Shown here: positions 49,447 to 63,069 of the stretch, piece by piece
Position numbering within the stretch: the stretch's first letter is position 1
Layout of the letters: every line of letters starts with the position of its first letter
Origin: Podarcis filfolensis
Lineage: Eukaryota
Assembly: GCA_964270895.1 (NCBI GenBank)
Contig: OZ185448.1
Length of the DNA: 64,000 bases
Reading direction: 5' to 3' (one strand)
The notes under the pieces: model-generated
Told to the model about the DNA's origin: nothing
The model's input: only the letters and a program-made list of their open reading frames with translations
Databases searched by the model: none
Translations under genes and position numbers: made by a program

Positions 49447-51340
49447 ACCCCACACTCCAGTTTTTCCAAGGAACTGGCTGAGGTTTTTTTTTTTTTTTTT
49501 TTTTGTCTTAGGGGGAATAGTGGGAGGGGGTGTTTGAATGGTATGAAAGGGACGAAGAAGGTCCCGGGCAATCGATTTTTCTTGTCCTCTCTGTCTTTTC
49601 GGATCAGTGCCTTTCAATGGGCATGGAGGTGCTCTTTCAGACACAAACTTGTGCTACATTTTCTGCCTGTATTCCTGCTAAATACAATAAAATGCTGGAC
49701 AGATTCCACACTCGCACTCACACAAATGCACAAACACACGCACATACACCTCTTCCACACCCTCTTTTCTTCTTCCTTTGGGTAGAAAGCCCTCTAATTA
49801 AATTGTTTGATATGCCCAGTCAAGACAGGGCAATTTAATATGCATTAGTATAAAGATATATTCTGCGAGGAAGCGTTTTTCTACTTTTCCTTATTAGCAA
49901 AAGGGTTTTTTGGGGGGGAGAGAGGGAGGAAAGGGCTCCTTTTAAACATCCAGACATTGACAGAAGAGGGTGCCTTAGTTCTCTTCACTCCCCCCCCCCC
50001 AATTCCTATTTTACCTGGATGGAGCAGGATATTTATTTATTTTTAAAAAGGGAACTCGCAGAATCTCGGCACGTACTCAAGTTCTTAAGAAACATGCCCT
50101 TTGTATTTCTAGCCTATTTGAACACCCTGGGGGCTTACTTCAGAGTTACCGCGCATAGGATCGGGCTGCAGGTCTCTCGGTGAGAAAGGAAGGTGTCGGT
50201 TTCGCAACCCAAAAAGGCCTTCCGAAGGAGAAATTTGAGGATGAGTGTTTGCTTGTTCATTTTTTTTTTCTTGGGGAATAATTGGGTTCCCTATCCCCTC
50301 CTACCCCTAAAAGCACTGGAAGTTACGCATTCTCACGACCATGTTCTGGGGTGGCGGTGGAAGAAAACCTAACTGCGTGGAAAGTATCGTCTCTATAATT
50401 ATACGATGGCTCTAAGAACTGCAGGCACCTATACGTTTATTTATGTTTGTTTTAGACGCTCACGTCCTTATGTTATTCCAGACAAACATCTGTCAGCTGG
50501 GAGACTCCGTGCCTATCCTTACCGGAGAGAGACACAGATGACTATGATATATATTATCAACCCAACAACACAGAAATACTACGCTCCCCCTCCCCCGTAG
50601 TGAAAGATACACCGAGTGGGCATGATCCAAACAAATTTAACAGCATGTTCATGTTGCAGTCCCATGCACACTTCTTATGTGGGAATGAACCCCATTCAAG
50701 GAAATGCGCTGCAGGCGCCTCAATAGAAATCGTGAGAGCAATCTTATACTTGCCTAGTCAAGCTCGCTGAATTAAATGGGATTTACTCCCAGGTAATCGG
50801 GTAAAGGACTGCAGCTTTAAGATGCCTTTCTTTCATTGTGCTTTTCTCTAACAGGACGTGAAAGTGTCTTAGCGTTGACTAAATCGCCTGTCTGTTTTTA
50901 GAGATACACGCTAGATTAATTTTGCCGCGTTCACACGAACCCTTTGGGTCCCCATTCCCAGCAACATCAAAGCTATGGGTCTCCCAGGTGTTTCCCTATG
51001 CTTGGAAGCGCAGGGAAAGGCCTGTTCAGATACAGAACGAGCCTTTTACCCTAAGATCCTCCCTGGCCACAACATGTGCCTGTCCTGTCGTGTGAACAAG
51101 CTGGCCTAACAATTTTCCTGCTTTATTGGCGCGTCTTATTCATTCTTATCCTAAACAGGCGGCGGCGGGGCAACCGTTTTAAGGCGATTTCTTCTTCCTT
51201 CTTGGGAAGGCAATAGTTGAATCGGTCTCCCTAGATGAGGTCAAAGAAAAGGTGGGCACATTTATCGGTGCGTGAAAGAGAGAGGGAGCATGACTGATGG
51301 ACGGATGTGGGGAACGAGCGACAGATGCGACTAAAGAGAT

Positions 51341-51426
51341 GGATCCATACTGCACGCATCTGAAGGACACGTGTAAATACTGCATGGACACGGATCCATA
51401 CTGCACGCATCTGAAGGACACGTGTA
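51341..51426. repeat. 35-bp perfect direct repeat, period 51
   Basis: GGATCCATACTGCACGCATCTGAAGGACACGTGTA at 51341-51375 and 51392-51426. Confidence 0.9.
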
Positions 51427-51769
51427 CATTTATTGCACATCTGCATTTCAGGGGTAAACGCTTTAGAGCTCTGTGGAGCCAGGGGTCATATTTTACCTCG
51501 AGGAAGTGCTTCCTCGGCCCGCACCTGGATCACAACGGGAAGCCATTTATGCGGAAAAACCGCGGTGCGGACCCCACTCGCACTCCAGTGCTGAGCCCAC
51601 CCCCCAGCCCGTCCATTATTTAATTCACTGGGCATGAAAGTCACTGTGAGGCTGCAGATCCAGGAAGGTGATCTGGGGGGGATTATTCCCAAGGAATCCA
51701 GCGGGAATGAGGGGGTGACTTCGACTGAAACACGCCCAGGTTCCAGACTCCTATAAGGGGAATAGGCAG

Positions 51770-51770
<1 letters not shown>

Positions 51771-51815
<45 letters not shown>
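51771..51815. repeat. (ATCT)n tetranucleotide repeat
   Basis: Direct reading. Confidence 0.9.
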
Positions 51816-51817
<2 letters not shown>

Positions 51818-54534
51818 CATCCATCCCAGCATGAATGGTATTTTTGATACCCGCGATTCCTTGCCCATTGTAGGTGGACTCCTACCAGAGAACTTAAATG
51901 GAAGTTTCGAAAACGCCTCCTATAAATTTAACTTGGCGTGCTCAGAATTATATGTAAAATATCCCTCTCTGTGTGTGAGAGAGAAATTGTTCAGATAGAA
52001 TCCCCCCCCCTCTCGGCCGCTGCGCCTTCAATTTGGCAAGCGCGGCGATTTCAGAGAGTTTTGTTCCCACTGCGGGAGCGTAACTTGCGCGCTCTTTTGC
52101 CGAAAGTTTAGGTTTGTTTTGTTTTGTTTTTTTAAAAAAGGAGGCCGGAGGGGGAGAATCGACGGAGAGAGAGGAGAACAATTTTCGTGTCGAGAGCAGG
52201 AAATGGAGTGGAAGAAAGAGAGAGGCGGAAAGTATCAGGGTCCGAGCCCCTCGCCGCGCTCTTTTCCCGATTGCGCTGCTGCGCCGCGCGCATTTCAGGT
52301 GCAATAAAGCCAGCAGACTTATTTCCAAGAAGCCGCACGTAGGATCGGTGGGGGGCAATCTCTCCCTCTCCCTCCCTCCCTGCTGTCCCTGCGCTATAAG
52401 AGAAGGAGACGTCTGTCTGAGGCAGACCTCACCTCTTGGACAGCCCCCCTCCCTTTGAGACTGGGCTAGCTCTATTGATCCAGAGGAGACGCTAGAGGTA
52501 TCACCAGGCTAAATATTTGCCGATCACACACAAACAGTCAGGTTACCCGAACGATTTTTCCCTCCCTCCCCTCCTTCTCTTTCTTCCTCCCCCCCCTTTT
52601 TTTTACTGCGCGGAGAGCGTAGTGGAAAGGGAGAGAGGGGGGCAAATCATTTTATTAGTGTGTATAAAGCAAAGAACACATTCTAAGCAGGAGTGTTTTA
52701 AGATGTGTCTTCAGCGGGATGAAAAGAGTTAGCGAAATCGATACGGAGTGATTAGGAGCTCCCGGAGTGTCGCGGGTGTGGGGGGAGCGAGAGACCGCAA
52801 GCGAGCTGTGAATTTCTTATATTTGCTAATCCCAGGTTAAGGGGAAAGAAGGAGAGCGCAACTCAAAGAAAGAGGAGTCTGGACTCGAAAGCCGAAGATT
52901 TTCAGGCACGGTGGGGCGGGGTGGGATGGATAGAAGAATGAAATCGAACCAGGACTGTAAAATGCTGGCACACATTTCCTTACCCGGATTCCCCCAACGC
53001 CTCCCCCATCTCCACCCGCGAAAGAGTCCCTCTTAGTTAGAGGAAGGCGAAAGAAAACCTGGAGGATTTCTCAATTAACCCTCTACGAAGCAAGCAATTG
53101 CATGTGTTTAATTCCCCCCTCTCCCCAGTTTTTATAACCGTGTTTATGGCACCTTACGATGGTACTTGGAGGGTATCTACGCGTGGATGAAATATAAGGG
53201 GTTTGCGGTTGTGAGAGAGACCGTCACCCAAAGATGTCAGAGAAGCCCAGGGGCTGGGATTGTCAGCTCCTGGGGGCCCATTTGATGTCCGACTATTCCG
53301 CTGGTGAGGGTGGGGAGGCGGGCGCAGTAAATGGAGCGATTCAGATCGATTTGGAGAAGAGCGGCGTTTAAAGCTTGCTCCTTGGTTGAACTTTTCTCAT
53401 TTTGCCCCAGCACATTTGCACTCCCCCTTCCACGAGAAGGGCTGAGTCCCGGAGACAGAAGGTTGTGGAACTGATAAGATGGCTGGGATGTGGGATGGGA
53501 GTTGGTGCGTGTGTGCTCCTTTCAAAAGAAGGATCTTAATAAACGCACACCTCGACAACTTGAAGAGAGAGAGATGTTTGCTTCTCTTTCCTCTCCTGGG
53601 GTGTCTTCATTTCAGCTCACGGAAAGGTAGCAGGAGCTGAAATGTACAGCGGGAGAACAGGCGGAGATCTTGCAAAAAAAACCCCCAACCTCAACCCCTA
53701 AGCACAAACACACGTTTTCCGAAGGGATAGAAATGTTGAACCGAGTCTTCACATTGCAGTTCTTCCAGAAAGTCAACTTGTTTCCAAGGAAAGTTCTCTC
53801 AAAGTGGGGCAGTTTGGCTAAGGAGGCATTTGTAAGAGAGAGACCCCCCCCGCACTTCCCTTCGGGTAGACATTAGAGTTAAGAAGCTGGAGGGGGGCGG
53901 GTCAACTAACTGGCTACATAAATCGAAAGGGGGGGGGGAGAAGCCTTTCCGTAGAACTGCACGACCTTGAGCTAAACTCCCCCCCCCATACAAATGATCT
54001 CCATCACCGCATCAGGGGGTGGGGTGGGGAGTCAAATTTACCTCGATATTTTTAATGGCTACTTTTTCAGAGTCTACAATGCTGGCTGGTTTAAATTCTA
54101 CCAAACCCCGGATTAAAGTTACAGTTCTTAACAGTCCAACATTAATTTTTGTGTGTGTTAAAAAACCCACAAGAAAAAAAGAAAAAAGGGGGTGCGCACC
54201 GTCCATTCCCCTCTTTGACTAATTCGTTAGATTAGAGATAGGAAAAGTTTGACCTCAAAGGTCGGGAGCAGCTGGGTTTCATTAACTCTTGCGGCCCCAG
54301 CACAGAACCGAGGTTGAAGACCCAAATTTAAAGCGGGGTGGAGGACGAGGTAGGCGTAATGTTTGAAATAAAATAGAAAGGGGGAAAGCTATGGTAGATA
54401 GTGGGTCTAATATCTGCAGGGTTTTATTTGGGTGTGTGTCTGTGTGTTCCCCACCTGATTCTTGGAGTCTAGTTTAAATGTCTGGAAAAAGAAAACAACT
54501 TTTATTATTAAGTTAAAGCAGAATTTAAAACAGG

Positions 54535-54620
54535 GCAGCCCAATCCTATGCACGTTTCCTCGAAAGTAAGTCCCACTAGGCTCCAAAGGACTCCTCTCAC
54601 CCCCAGAATGTGCACAGGGT
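54535..54620. mobile_element. Short hairpin repeat, second family
   Basis: gcccaatcctatgcacg...agtaagtcccact...gtgcacagg. Confidence 0.6.
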
Positions 54621-55507
54621 CGTAGCTTCCCCATCAATTAACTGCTGCCAGTTATAGATGCATTCCCTAATCACAAATTTCAAAATGTGGATTTTAATTG
54701 GAGCTGTAAAAAGAAGAGAGAGAGAGAGAGAGAGAGATGTTCTGTGAAGCGATCTAAGCACATCTCTTGTTTCCTGAAATTCCTTTTAAGAGGTGATGAT
54801 GGTGGAATTGGGCCCCACAATATGAACTCTCTGCATCCTATAGCTGAGAAAGAAAGGAGAAAATACATCTTAATTCACAGGCCACCTTCATGTTACCCAT
54901 CTGGAGTGATTCACATTTATTGCAGCACATTGGTATGTATTGCAATCAGTTAATTTGTTGATGAATCATGTAAAATCAGAAGCAGCCCTTTTATGAGTTG
55001 GTAGCCAAATATGGCAAGTACTTTTACAAGAGGACAGTCATAAGCAGCCTTTCACACACAGGAAGTCTGCACGGATATAACTAGCATGCAGTAGAAATGT
55101 ATGTGTACATGCATGGTAAACATGCATATGTATGAAATACGTATAAATATACATGTATGTGTTTGCAGGTGCACTGTGCACTCATATAATATCTAAATGT
55201 GCAGATAGATACTTCCACTACAAGATGTTCATAAGAACACACTACATCTCACAATCCTGTTTGTAAGATTGCTTATTTTGCACGGTGAGCCTCTTTATCA
55301 GACAAAAATGTGAATTTTAAAGGAAGCAGGAAAGTTGACCTCTACAGTTAACATAGCTGCAGCAATGGATGCATTCCCCCCCCCTCCCCGGAAGCCCTGG
55401 TCCAAAAAATGATTTAGCCTTAGGAGGAAGGGAAAATGTATCTTTATGTAACTGCTGGAATATTTTTTTGGTTTGAACCTTTTAAGCTCACTGCCTCCTC
55501 TACATTG

Positions 55508-55510
<3 letters not shown>

Positions 55511-55554
<44 letters not shown>
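55511..55554. repeat. Compound (TG)n(AG)n microsatellite
   Basis: Direct reading. Confidence 0.95.
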
Positions 55555-55990
55555 AACTGTAAACATCTATCTGTTCTGAGCCATAATTTTAGAATATTTT
55601 AACTGTTCTTATATTCTGAATTGATTCCTTGATTCCCATTTCATTAAAAAAACAAGTTGCATGTTTCAAGCCAGCAGGTTCTATAATGCACACACACACA
55701 AATCATTGTACAGGAGCCATCATATTCCTATTTTAATGGTTTTCTCTCCCATCTGAAAAAGAGACCAACTATAAAGAAATGAATGCATGTTCAAATAAAT
55801 AAATATGTTGAAAAGTGAGATCCATATATACTAAAGGCATAGTCAAATTATTTTGATAGCTTCCTGTTATTTTTGACACAGGCATTCCAAGGACTGGTAA
55901 CAATGAAACAGTTTCCAAATGTTTTCATTCAACTGAAAATGCCAGTTTGGGGGGAAAAATTAAAATAACCCAGATTACAGAAACCTCTCC

Positions 55991-56050
55991 TTTCCTTTCC
56001 TTTCCTTTCCTTTCCTTTCCTTTCCTTTCCTTTCCTTTCCTTTCCTTTCC
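55991..56050. repeat. (TTTCC)12 pentanucleotide repeat
   Basis: Direct reading. Confidence 0.95.
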
Positions 56051-57803
56051 TTTCTCATAACAAATATTTTCAATAACCTGACAACAAGGAAATCTTGTGG
56101 AGTCATTTCTGGTGGTTTTTTTTTTTTTTGAAGCATATCCCCAAACTAAGGAACAAAATTGCCCCCAAACATGGAAATCAAGGGCTTTAAAAAAATCACA
56201 TCCCTTAAAAAACAACAAAGCAGAATCACTTTAGACTTCTCTGCATGTATCTATATTGCAAGCCAATGTTAAACAAATGGGAGCTCAAATTAATTCAATG
56301 TGACATTTTATTAGTTTCCAGGCTCTATGTTAAGGTTTATCTAAACAAAGAACTGGCATTTGGATCACACTATAAACCTGAACTGATCTATGGGCTGAAG
56401 CATAAAGGAGAAGCTCTCAGTCGAGAACCCATATGACTTTAGCAGATAGAAAAAACAGCAACCCACAAAACCCACCACATATTAACGAGCCTTGTAATTA
56501 TTAGCGCACCCTTGATCCTCTTGCCTGCAAGAGCCTAGGATTTCCTTGCAAAGATTTTAAGTGCCTCTTTAAGATGGTGTCTCCTAAAATGAGTTAAGAC
56601 GAACTGCTCTCAAACAACAGTTGAATACTTGTCTAAAAGGGGATGTTTAAACTCTACTTGTTTGCCCATCTGCCCCCCGCCCTCAAATTGACTTTTTCTT
56701 GTCTCATTCCTCTTCCCAAGGATGACACTAAGTTTAGTATCAAATATTATTTTCTGTGTTGCTGTTCTAAAAATAAAGTAAGCAAACATTTATTTTCATA
56801 ATCTGGCAGTTTAAGAGGGGTAAATGGAATGAAGACCACATCACATTTAAGAGTTAAATCGCAACTAGAAAAAGCAGTTATGAAGTACCAGAAACAATGG
56901 AAATGGTATCTGTGGTTGTCAGATAAGCTTGTTGTGAAAGTTGCAAAATACATTTTTGTGAAAAATGAAGTTTTAAACACCTCTCATAGGCATCTTTCCT
57001 TATGATCACCCCCCCACCTAATAATACTACCACAATCAACTTCCTCTATGCCTTAGGATCAATGTAGCTGTATGTATGTACTGTGTTATATACAGGCTGT
57101 CAACCAATTAAAAAATCGAGTCAATTAATAAGTTGCCTTTTCACCAGTTAATTGATTGATCAATGAAGTACATTGGCATGTTACCAAAAAAACTCAAGGG
57201 GTCCCATTTTGACTTACTGAAAGAAGTGTGAAGAAATTTTCAGTGTTATAATCATTTCCTTCCACCCCCCCTTCCCTGTTATGGGGACAGAATAGAATCA
57301 AAATAGGCTAAAATAAATACTGAACTTTAACCTGTGTCCTTAATGATCAAAACTGGCCTCTACTTTAGTTAATTAATCTACCAATTAAACCAATATTCCA
57401 GTTAAAGCACATACACACCTGGTTAAAATAATCTCATCGATAACACCTCTCTATCCCACTCTTTCACCGTTTCATTCATTGCTTTAGATTCTGTATTCTA
57501 AGGTGTATTTCCAGAGATCTATTTATTTAGCAGAACCCAACATTCTTTTGCGCCTCTACTGCACTTGTATGGGTGCCTGATGCCCAGCACTGAGTCTCCC
57601 TGAGACTTAAGAAGGAGAACTCACAATAACATTTGTACATTTGGTAATTAAACACCTGCATCTTGCATTCTGAAAGTTGATCTTGCAAAGTTTGCCATTT
57701 TTCATCCACTGCAACTATTTTTGTTTAAAGGTTACATTTAAATATATCCACCTTGTTCTGGCAACCACATTTCAAGCTATTTTACAACCATGTTTGTGTT
57801 TAG

Positions 57804-57939
57804 NNNNNNNNNNNNNNNNNNNNNNNNNNNNNNNNNNNNNNNNNNNNNNNNNNNNNNNNNNNNNNNNNNNNNNNNNNNNNNNNNNNNNNNNNNNNNNNNN
57901 NNNNNNNNNNNNNNNNNNNNNNNNNNNNNNNNNNNNNNN
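57804..57939. other. Assembly gap (136 N)
   Basis: N run. Confidence 0.99.
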
Positions 57940-59170
57940 ATTTTAAAGGACATCATAATTTTTGGGGCCGGGGAGGGATTTTTTTTACATTACTTGAAAG
58001 CCACATGCTTCTGTCATGGTGTACATTGTAGATGATCAGGGTATGGTTTTGCCATAATGTAGTGTTTACACCCCCCCAGCTCCTGTAATTTATCACTTTA
58101 AAAAAATCGTCCTAATTTTGGCCCACTTCAAGCATCTGTATTTTCATCTTTTTGGGTTTTCATATAGAAGAGGAAATTGACAAGCTCACAGCCACAGAAT
58201 CTTAGAGCACGTCTGTTTTTGAAATAGAGGCTAGGGGTCAAAGGGCAGGGAGTTTTACTTTTATTATTATAATACTTTTAATAGTTTTAAGTTTCAGGGC
58301 AACAATGCAGTCATTTTGATAAGGGAGCTCATGTGTTTCTGTGACACATAACCCCCCCTCTAAATAACAAAAAGAAGAAACTATACCCCTGCTAAATTAA
58401 AAAACAGGGCATATGTTAAGTATGGTTCATATTATGGACTTCAAAATTCTTTGCCATTGCAGGGAAAGTCTCAAACATTTCCTGAACTCTGTATACAGCC
58501 TCAAAATAGAGGGTTTTGTTTTCAAAGTTGTTGACAAGCACCCTTTGGCATACTTAAAATGGAGACCATTTAAGTTCTAATCAGAGTAGATCCATTGAAG
58601 TTAATGAACCTAAGTTAGATTTGTCCATCAATTTCAGTGGTCTACTCTAAGCAGAACATATATTGGCTATCACTTGATGTTTTCAGCAACATACATTTTA
58701 CTGACTGGTTAACTGAGGTTTCCTAAGCCATATGGGAGAGAACTTTTCCCTCATAAGCTGAAACACTATTTCATGTCTATGACATTTCATGGCTACCTGG
58801 TCTAGTACGTCTTCATCCATTCTCTGCTGGGTCTACCAAATTTGAATCAGCAAAACTTGTCTTCTTATAATTTCATTCATAAGGAAAATTCTATGATGCC
58901 AACAATGACGGTTTGTAAGTTGCAAGAAAGGAGAGATCTTTCAACTTTAATGCTATGGTCCTTGCGTTGTGTTTTCAGATCCTATTAATTTAATTTAAAC
59001 CAGTAACATTCCATTGGTAAACCACAGGGCTTCATGAGCCAGCAAACAAGCATATATATCACAACGGAACCTAAACACACCCAAAACTAAAAGAAGCATC
59101 AAAACATGCCAAAAGCAGCAGAGAAGAAGGAGTGCTGTTTTCAGATTCTTTGTAAAAGTCATGGTGCCAT

Positions 59171-59356
59171 AGGAAACTGCTTTATTCGGAGTCATCCTAT
59201 TGGTCCATCTAGCTTAGTAGTGTCAACACTGACTGGCAGTGGTTCTCCATGGTTTCAAACTGAGAGTATTCACAGCCCTACCTGACAATGCTGGGCTTGG
59301 AAACTGGGACATTCTGGGGGCAAGGACAATGCTTTATCATTGAACTATGGCCCTTA
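59171..59356 (-). mobile_element. tRNA(Ala)-derived SINE
   Basis: ttggtccatctagcttagtagtgtcaacactgactggcagtggttctcc...cagccctacctg...tgaactatggccc. Confidence 0.75.
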
Positions 59357-59659
59357 CCCTGATGGCAAGTCAAGGGAAGGGTGTTCCAGAGCTTAGGCAC
59401 CACAACCAAAAACTCCATTCTCTCTGCTGATATCCATCTTGCTCCATTCTTTCTGAATAACCTCTTAATGATCTGGAAAACTCACATGGGTGTGTACAAT
59501 ACTCTCTGGGTACCTTCATTCAAAGCCTTTTAGGGCTTGTGCATATGCAGGTCATATGTTAGTATGTGTTTGTAGTGTTTTTTCAGAGGGTTGTACTAGC
59601 TAGATGAACCTTGGGGTATCTTACAACTCTGCAAGTCTTTGATTCTATGTACCTGATAT

Positions 59660-60185
59660 TTCACCCAAGTTCATGGACTTCTTAACTGGAAGAGTCCCTC
59701 AAATGGAAGAGGATGCCTTCACCCTGGTATGCCCCCCCCCTTTATCACATACACAGCTCACCAAGACAACGACAAGAATCCACCAAAAGCATACAGATCA
59801 ATATGGCTAACCTGATTAAAAAACACCCATCCCACTCACACATGAAAACAAAGTTCACCACAGCCAATCACAAACAAACAACCACACCCTAGACCAACCC
59901 CAATCTCTCTCACCACCAAAGGAACACAAGCGAATAGTAAAGAGAACCCGCACAAGCGACACTGACACAAAACTCCACACATTAAGTAAAATAGAAACAT
60001 TGCCACCCGACTCCACCCCCACTCACCATGGCCCCCTCCACCTCTTTCCCCCCTTTCTTCCTAATGTAACACTAATGTCTCAACAAATAAAACTGATCTG
60101 TAGAAAATGTAACTTGCAAAAAGAGTCATTGCACATACTTTTGTGAACCAAGAAATCTTTAATAAAAATACATTTTAAAAAACAC
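59660..60185 (+). mobile_element. Possible 5'-truncated LINE 3' end (A/C-skewed block ending in AATAAA plus A-rich tail)
   Basis: G-poor, T-poor block 59760-60040; AATAAA at 60086 and 60161; ends aataaaaatacattttaaaaaa. Confidence 0.35.
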
Positions 60186-60946
60186 ACTGGGAAAGTCCCT
60201 TGCTACCAGAGTCTGTGGGGGTCCATGCATATAGAAAAGTAACCTATAGACTAGAATGGAGTGTCTCCAGAGAATATAGGAGGCCCTTCCTGTTCTAGGG
60301 TGCAGCCCAGGAGTTTGGGACCTCCTTATCAACCCAAGTGACCAGAGTGGTGATGCAAACAGAACAGTCTCCTCCTGCATCTTTAGTAGGAGCAAATAAG
60401 CTTTGTCTTTGTTAATCTTTGCTTCCTGAGCTGCTTATTGTAGGGTCCCTTAATAAGATTCAGAGCAACCTCTGGATTCCCCAAACGGCTGTCTGAAAAC
60501 TTCTGGCTAAGCCAGGTGACCACTTTGACAACATCTAGGTCTCTCCCAGCCATTTTCAGAAAGAGGATCACATTCTGCCCCCCTTCTCATATTTTGTTGA
60601 AGATGTAGTGTTTGTTTGTTTGTTATGCTCCTACACATCAAATTAGAAAAAGCACAAAGATTTCTGTGATCTGCAATTGAAGGCAACTCAAGAGAGAAAA
60701 ATAAAAATTTCAGAAGCAAGGATGGGCGATTATAGAGAATTTATTGAGTGGTGTATTATCGTGGGATTAATTTTTTGGGGTGGGTGGGAGGCAAAGCTGT
60801 GACTGGAGGGCAGGAGAAACACTGGCTGTCCTCCCCCCCTCTCAAGGCATTGCTAACTTTTATGATATTTCTCCCTGCGCGCGCTCTCTCTCTCTCTCTC
60901 TCTCTCTCCTTTCTACTATCTGCCTTTGTGCCTTCAGGGGCAGTGA

Positions 60947-61077
60947 NNNNNNNNNNNNNNNNNNNNNNNNNNNNNNNNNNNNNNNNNNNNNNNNNNNNNN
61001 NNNNNNNNNNNNNNNNNNNNNNNNNNNNNNNNNNNNNNNNNNNNNNNNNNNNNNNNNNNNNNNNNNNNNNNNNNNNN
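60947..61077. other. Assembly gap (131 N)
   Basis: N run. Confidence 0.99.
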
Positions 61078-61680
61078 CTTCTTGTTGTTGCTTTCTATCT
61101 CTCCCTTTGCTCTTCAGAATAAGAATAAGAAAAAAAAAAATGCTGTCCAGCACCAAATCCCTTTCAATGCCCCCCCTTTCTAAAAAAAAAAGGACAATAA
61201 TAGAAATGGACAAGTTAGGTGTAGAGTTGCAATACAGTCGCAGGTTTGAGTGTGTGTTTTTATCTCATTTGCAAAGGCTGAAGCCTCCTGTCAGTCACAT
61301 TAAAATGAAATTGGATCTAACATTTATTCAATAAATACTTCTCTTGTAGGTAATCCAGAGCAGAGTGCTTTTGACACACAAGGACTTAATTTATCTCAGA
61401 TAAGAAGTTATTAATATCGTACATTTAAACTTGCCACCTACAGTAAGGTCATTCAGATCTTTAATGTGATTCAGAAAAACGAGTTTGAGGGGAAGAAGGG
61501 GACCAAGTTTGAGATGGCATTCTATGTGTCAGCAGTGGGAGGGAAACACAATAGTTAGTGTCAAGGAAATAAGGTTCTATAGTGGAAACATTGACCATCA
61601 TTTCCGCTCAGCCTGAGTTCGTTGGAGAGTTCATTGCTTTTGAACCTGACTTTTCCATCTGCAAAGCAGGAATGATAGGA

Positions 61681-61870
61681 ACATAAGGAGGCTGCCTTAC
61701 ACCCAGTCAGATCATTGGCCCACCTAGTTCAGTTCTGTCCACACTGACTGCCAGCATCTCTCCAGGGTTTCAGGCAGGGAACATTGCCTGGTCTTCCTGG
61801 AGATCCTTGGGGTTCTATCTGGGACCTTATGCATGTAAAGCACATGCTCTACCACTGAGCTATAGCCCTT
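61681..61870 (-). mobile_element. tRNA(Ala)-derived SINE, near full length
   Basis: Minus strand GGGCTATAGCTCAGTGGTAGAGCATGTGCTTTACATGCATAAGGTCCCAG...; A box intact, B box degenerate. Confidence 0.85.
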
Positions 61871-61940
61871 CCTCAAGAAGTGAGGAGGCTGTATTATTTG
61901 CTGGTCAAACAGTTTGTCCAACTAGCTTGGTATTGTATAT

Positions 61941-62068
61941 TCCAGGTGTGAGGAACCTCTGATCCTCCCGATGTTGCTGAACCACAATTCCCATCAACAT
62001 AGGCAACGGCCAGGGTTGATGAGAGTTGTAGTTCAGCTACATCTTGGTAGGCTAATCTTCCCACACAC
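61941..62068. mobile_element. Palindromic MITE-like element, same family, degraded
   Basis: gctgaaccacaattcccatca...tgatgagagttgtagttcagc inverted core. Confidence 0.6.
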
Positions 62069-62099
62069 CAGAATCAGCTCTCCTTGAATCCCAAAATGA

Positions 62100-62190
62100 A
62101 TCTTTTCCAGTCCTACCTGGAGATTTTGGACATCAGACCTGGGACCTTTTGGATGCAAAGCTCCTGTTCTGTCACCGAGCCACAGGCCTT
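62100..62190 (-). mobile_element. tRNA-derived SINE, 5' fragment
   Basis: cagtcctacctggagattttggacatcagacctgggaccttttggatgcaaagc. Confidence 0.65.
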
Positions 62191-62515
62191 CTCTGAATGT
62201 TGTTTCCACCCTACTCTATATAAATGCCTGATCTGTATAAAATGTAGTGGGCGAATCTTCCCGCCTGCCAAGACATATATTGTATGTACCAGAAGGTTCT
62301 TATGGCAACCAGACAAACTGCTTCAAAATCAACCCAATAGGTGCAACGTGGGCTTTTACACTTTTGTGTAACAATGCATTTATGTATAAAAATTTTCAGG
62401 CACCTCCATAGGTGTGATGAGGTGGTTAAAAGATCAGAAGCAGGAAAGCTAGCTTAAGTGATCTTAGACATGCATTGGAGGAGAGAAGCGTATCATTTGG
62501 AAGGGTGGCAGTCAA

Positions 62516-62638
62516 CTTCCCCCAACCTGGTGGCCTCCAGATGTTTGGACTACAACTCCCACCAGCCCCAGAGCTGTTTTTGTTGGGGCAGAGGAAAGCA
62601 GTATTCTAAAACATCTGGAAGGCACCAGGTTGGGGAAG
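62516..62638. mobile_element. Palindromic MITE-like element
   Basis: Long imperfect inverted arms cttcccccaacctggtggcctccagatgttt / aaacatctggaaggcaccaggttggggaag around a ctacaactccc core. Confidence 0.75.
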
Positions 62639-62734
62639 AGTGGCTGAACTAAAGCCCATTCTGCTTATTTATTTGATCAATTAACAACGTCTCACATCGT
62701 ATGATGTAGCCACCTTTATTAATTATTTAATTAA

Positions 62735-62786
62735 GTGTATTTATATCCCCCTTTCTCCCAAGTTGGTCTTCAAGGCAGCTTACATT
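62735..62786 (-). mobile_element. Possible L2-type 3' tail
   Basis: gtatttatatccccctttctcccaag...tcaaggcagcttaca is the reverse complement of the same tail type. Confidence 0.5.
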
Positions 62787-63069
62787 TTTTTTTATAAAAA
62801 ACCCCCATTATAAAATACAAAGTTAGAAAAACAAACTAGTTAAAAGCAATAGTTAAAATACAGTACGCTAAAACACATTTAAAACAAGCATCAAAGTACA
62901 GTTTGCCCTTACAGAAGGCAAATGGTCAGCTTTGTATTATGATCATTCTAACTTGCTGAAGCTAAGGTTTGCCTGGGTCATATCGGTACTTAGATATGTG
63001 ATTACCTAGGGACTCCCTCGTGTGGCACCTTGGGTTCTTTTGAAGAAATGTGGGATAGGAACACAGGAT

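Noticed and set aside
51341-51426. Repeat-spacer-repeat resembling a CRISPR array
   Set aside because: Only two units, spacer derived from the repeat, vertebrate genome, no cas genes.
57090-57420. Possible degenerate hAT transposon end (caggctgtcaaccaattaaaaaatcg...ttaattgattgat)
   Set aside because: Resemblance is from memory only; no matching opposite terminal repeat or 8-bp target-site duplication found.
61800-61870. tRNA-Ala-like sequence (also at 63180-63250)
   Set aside because: Continues into the SINE body, and the acceptor stem and anticodon arm are degenerate; SINE heads, not tRNA genes.
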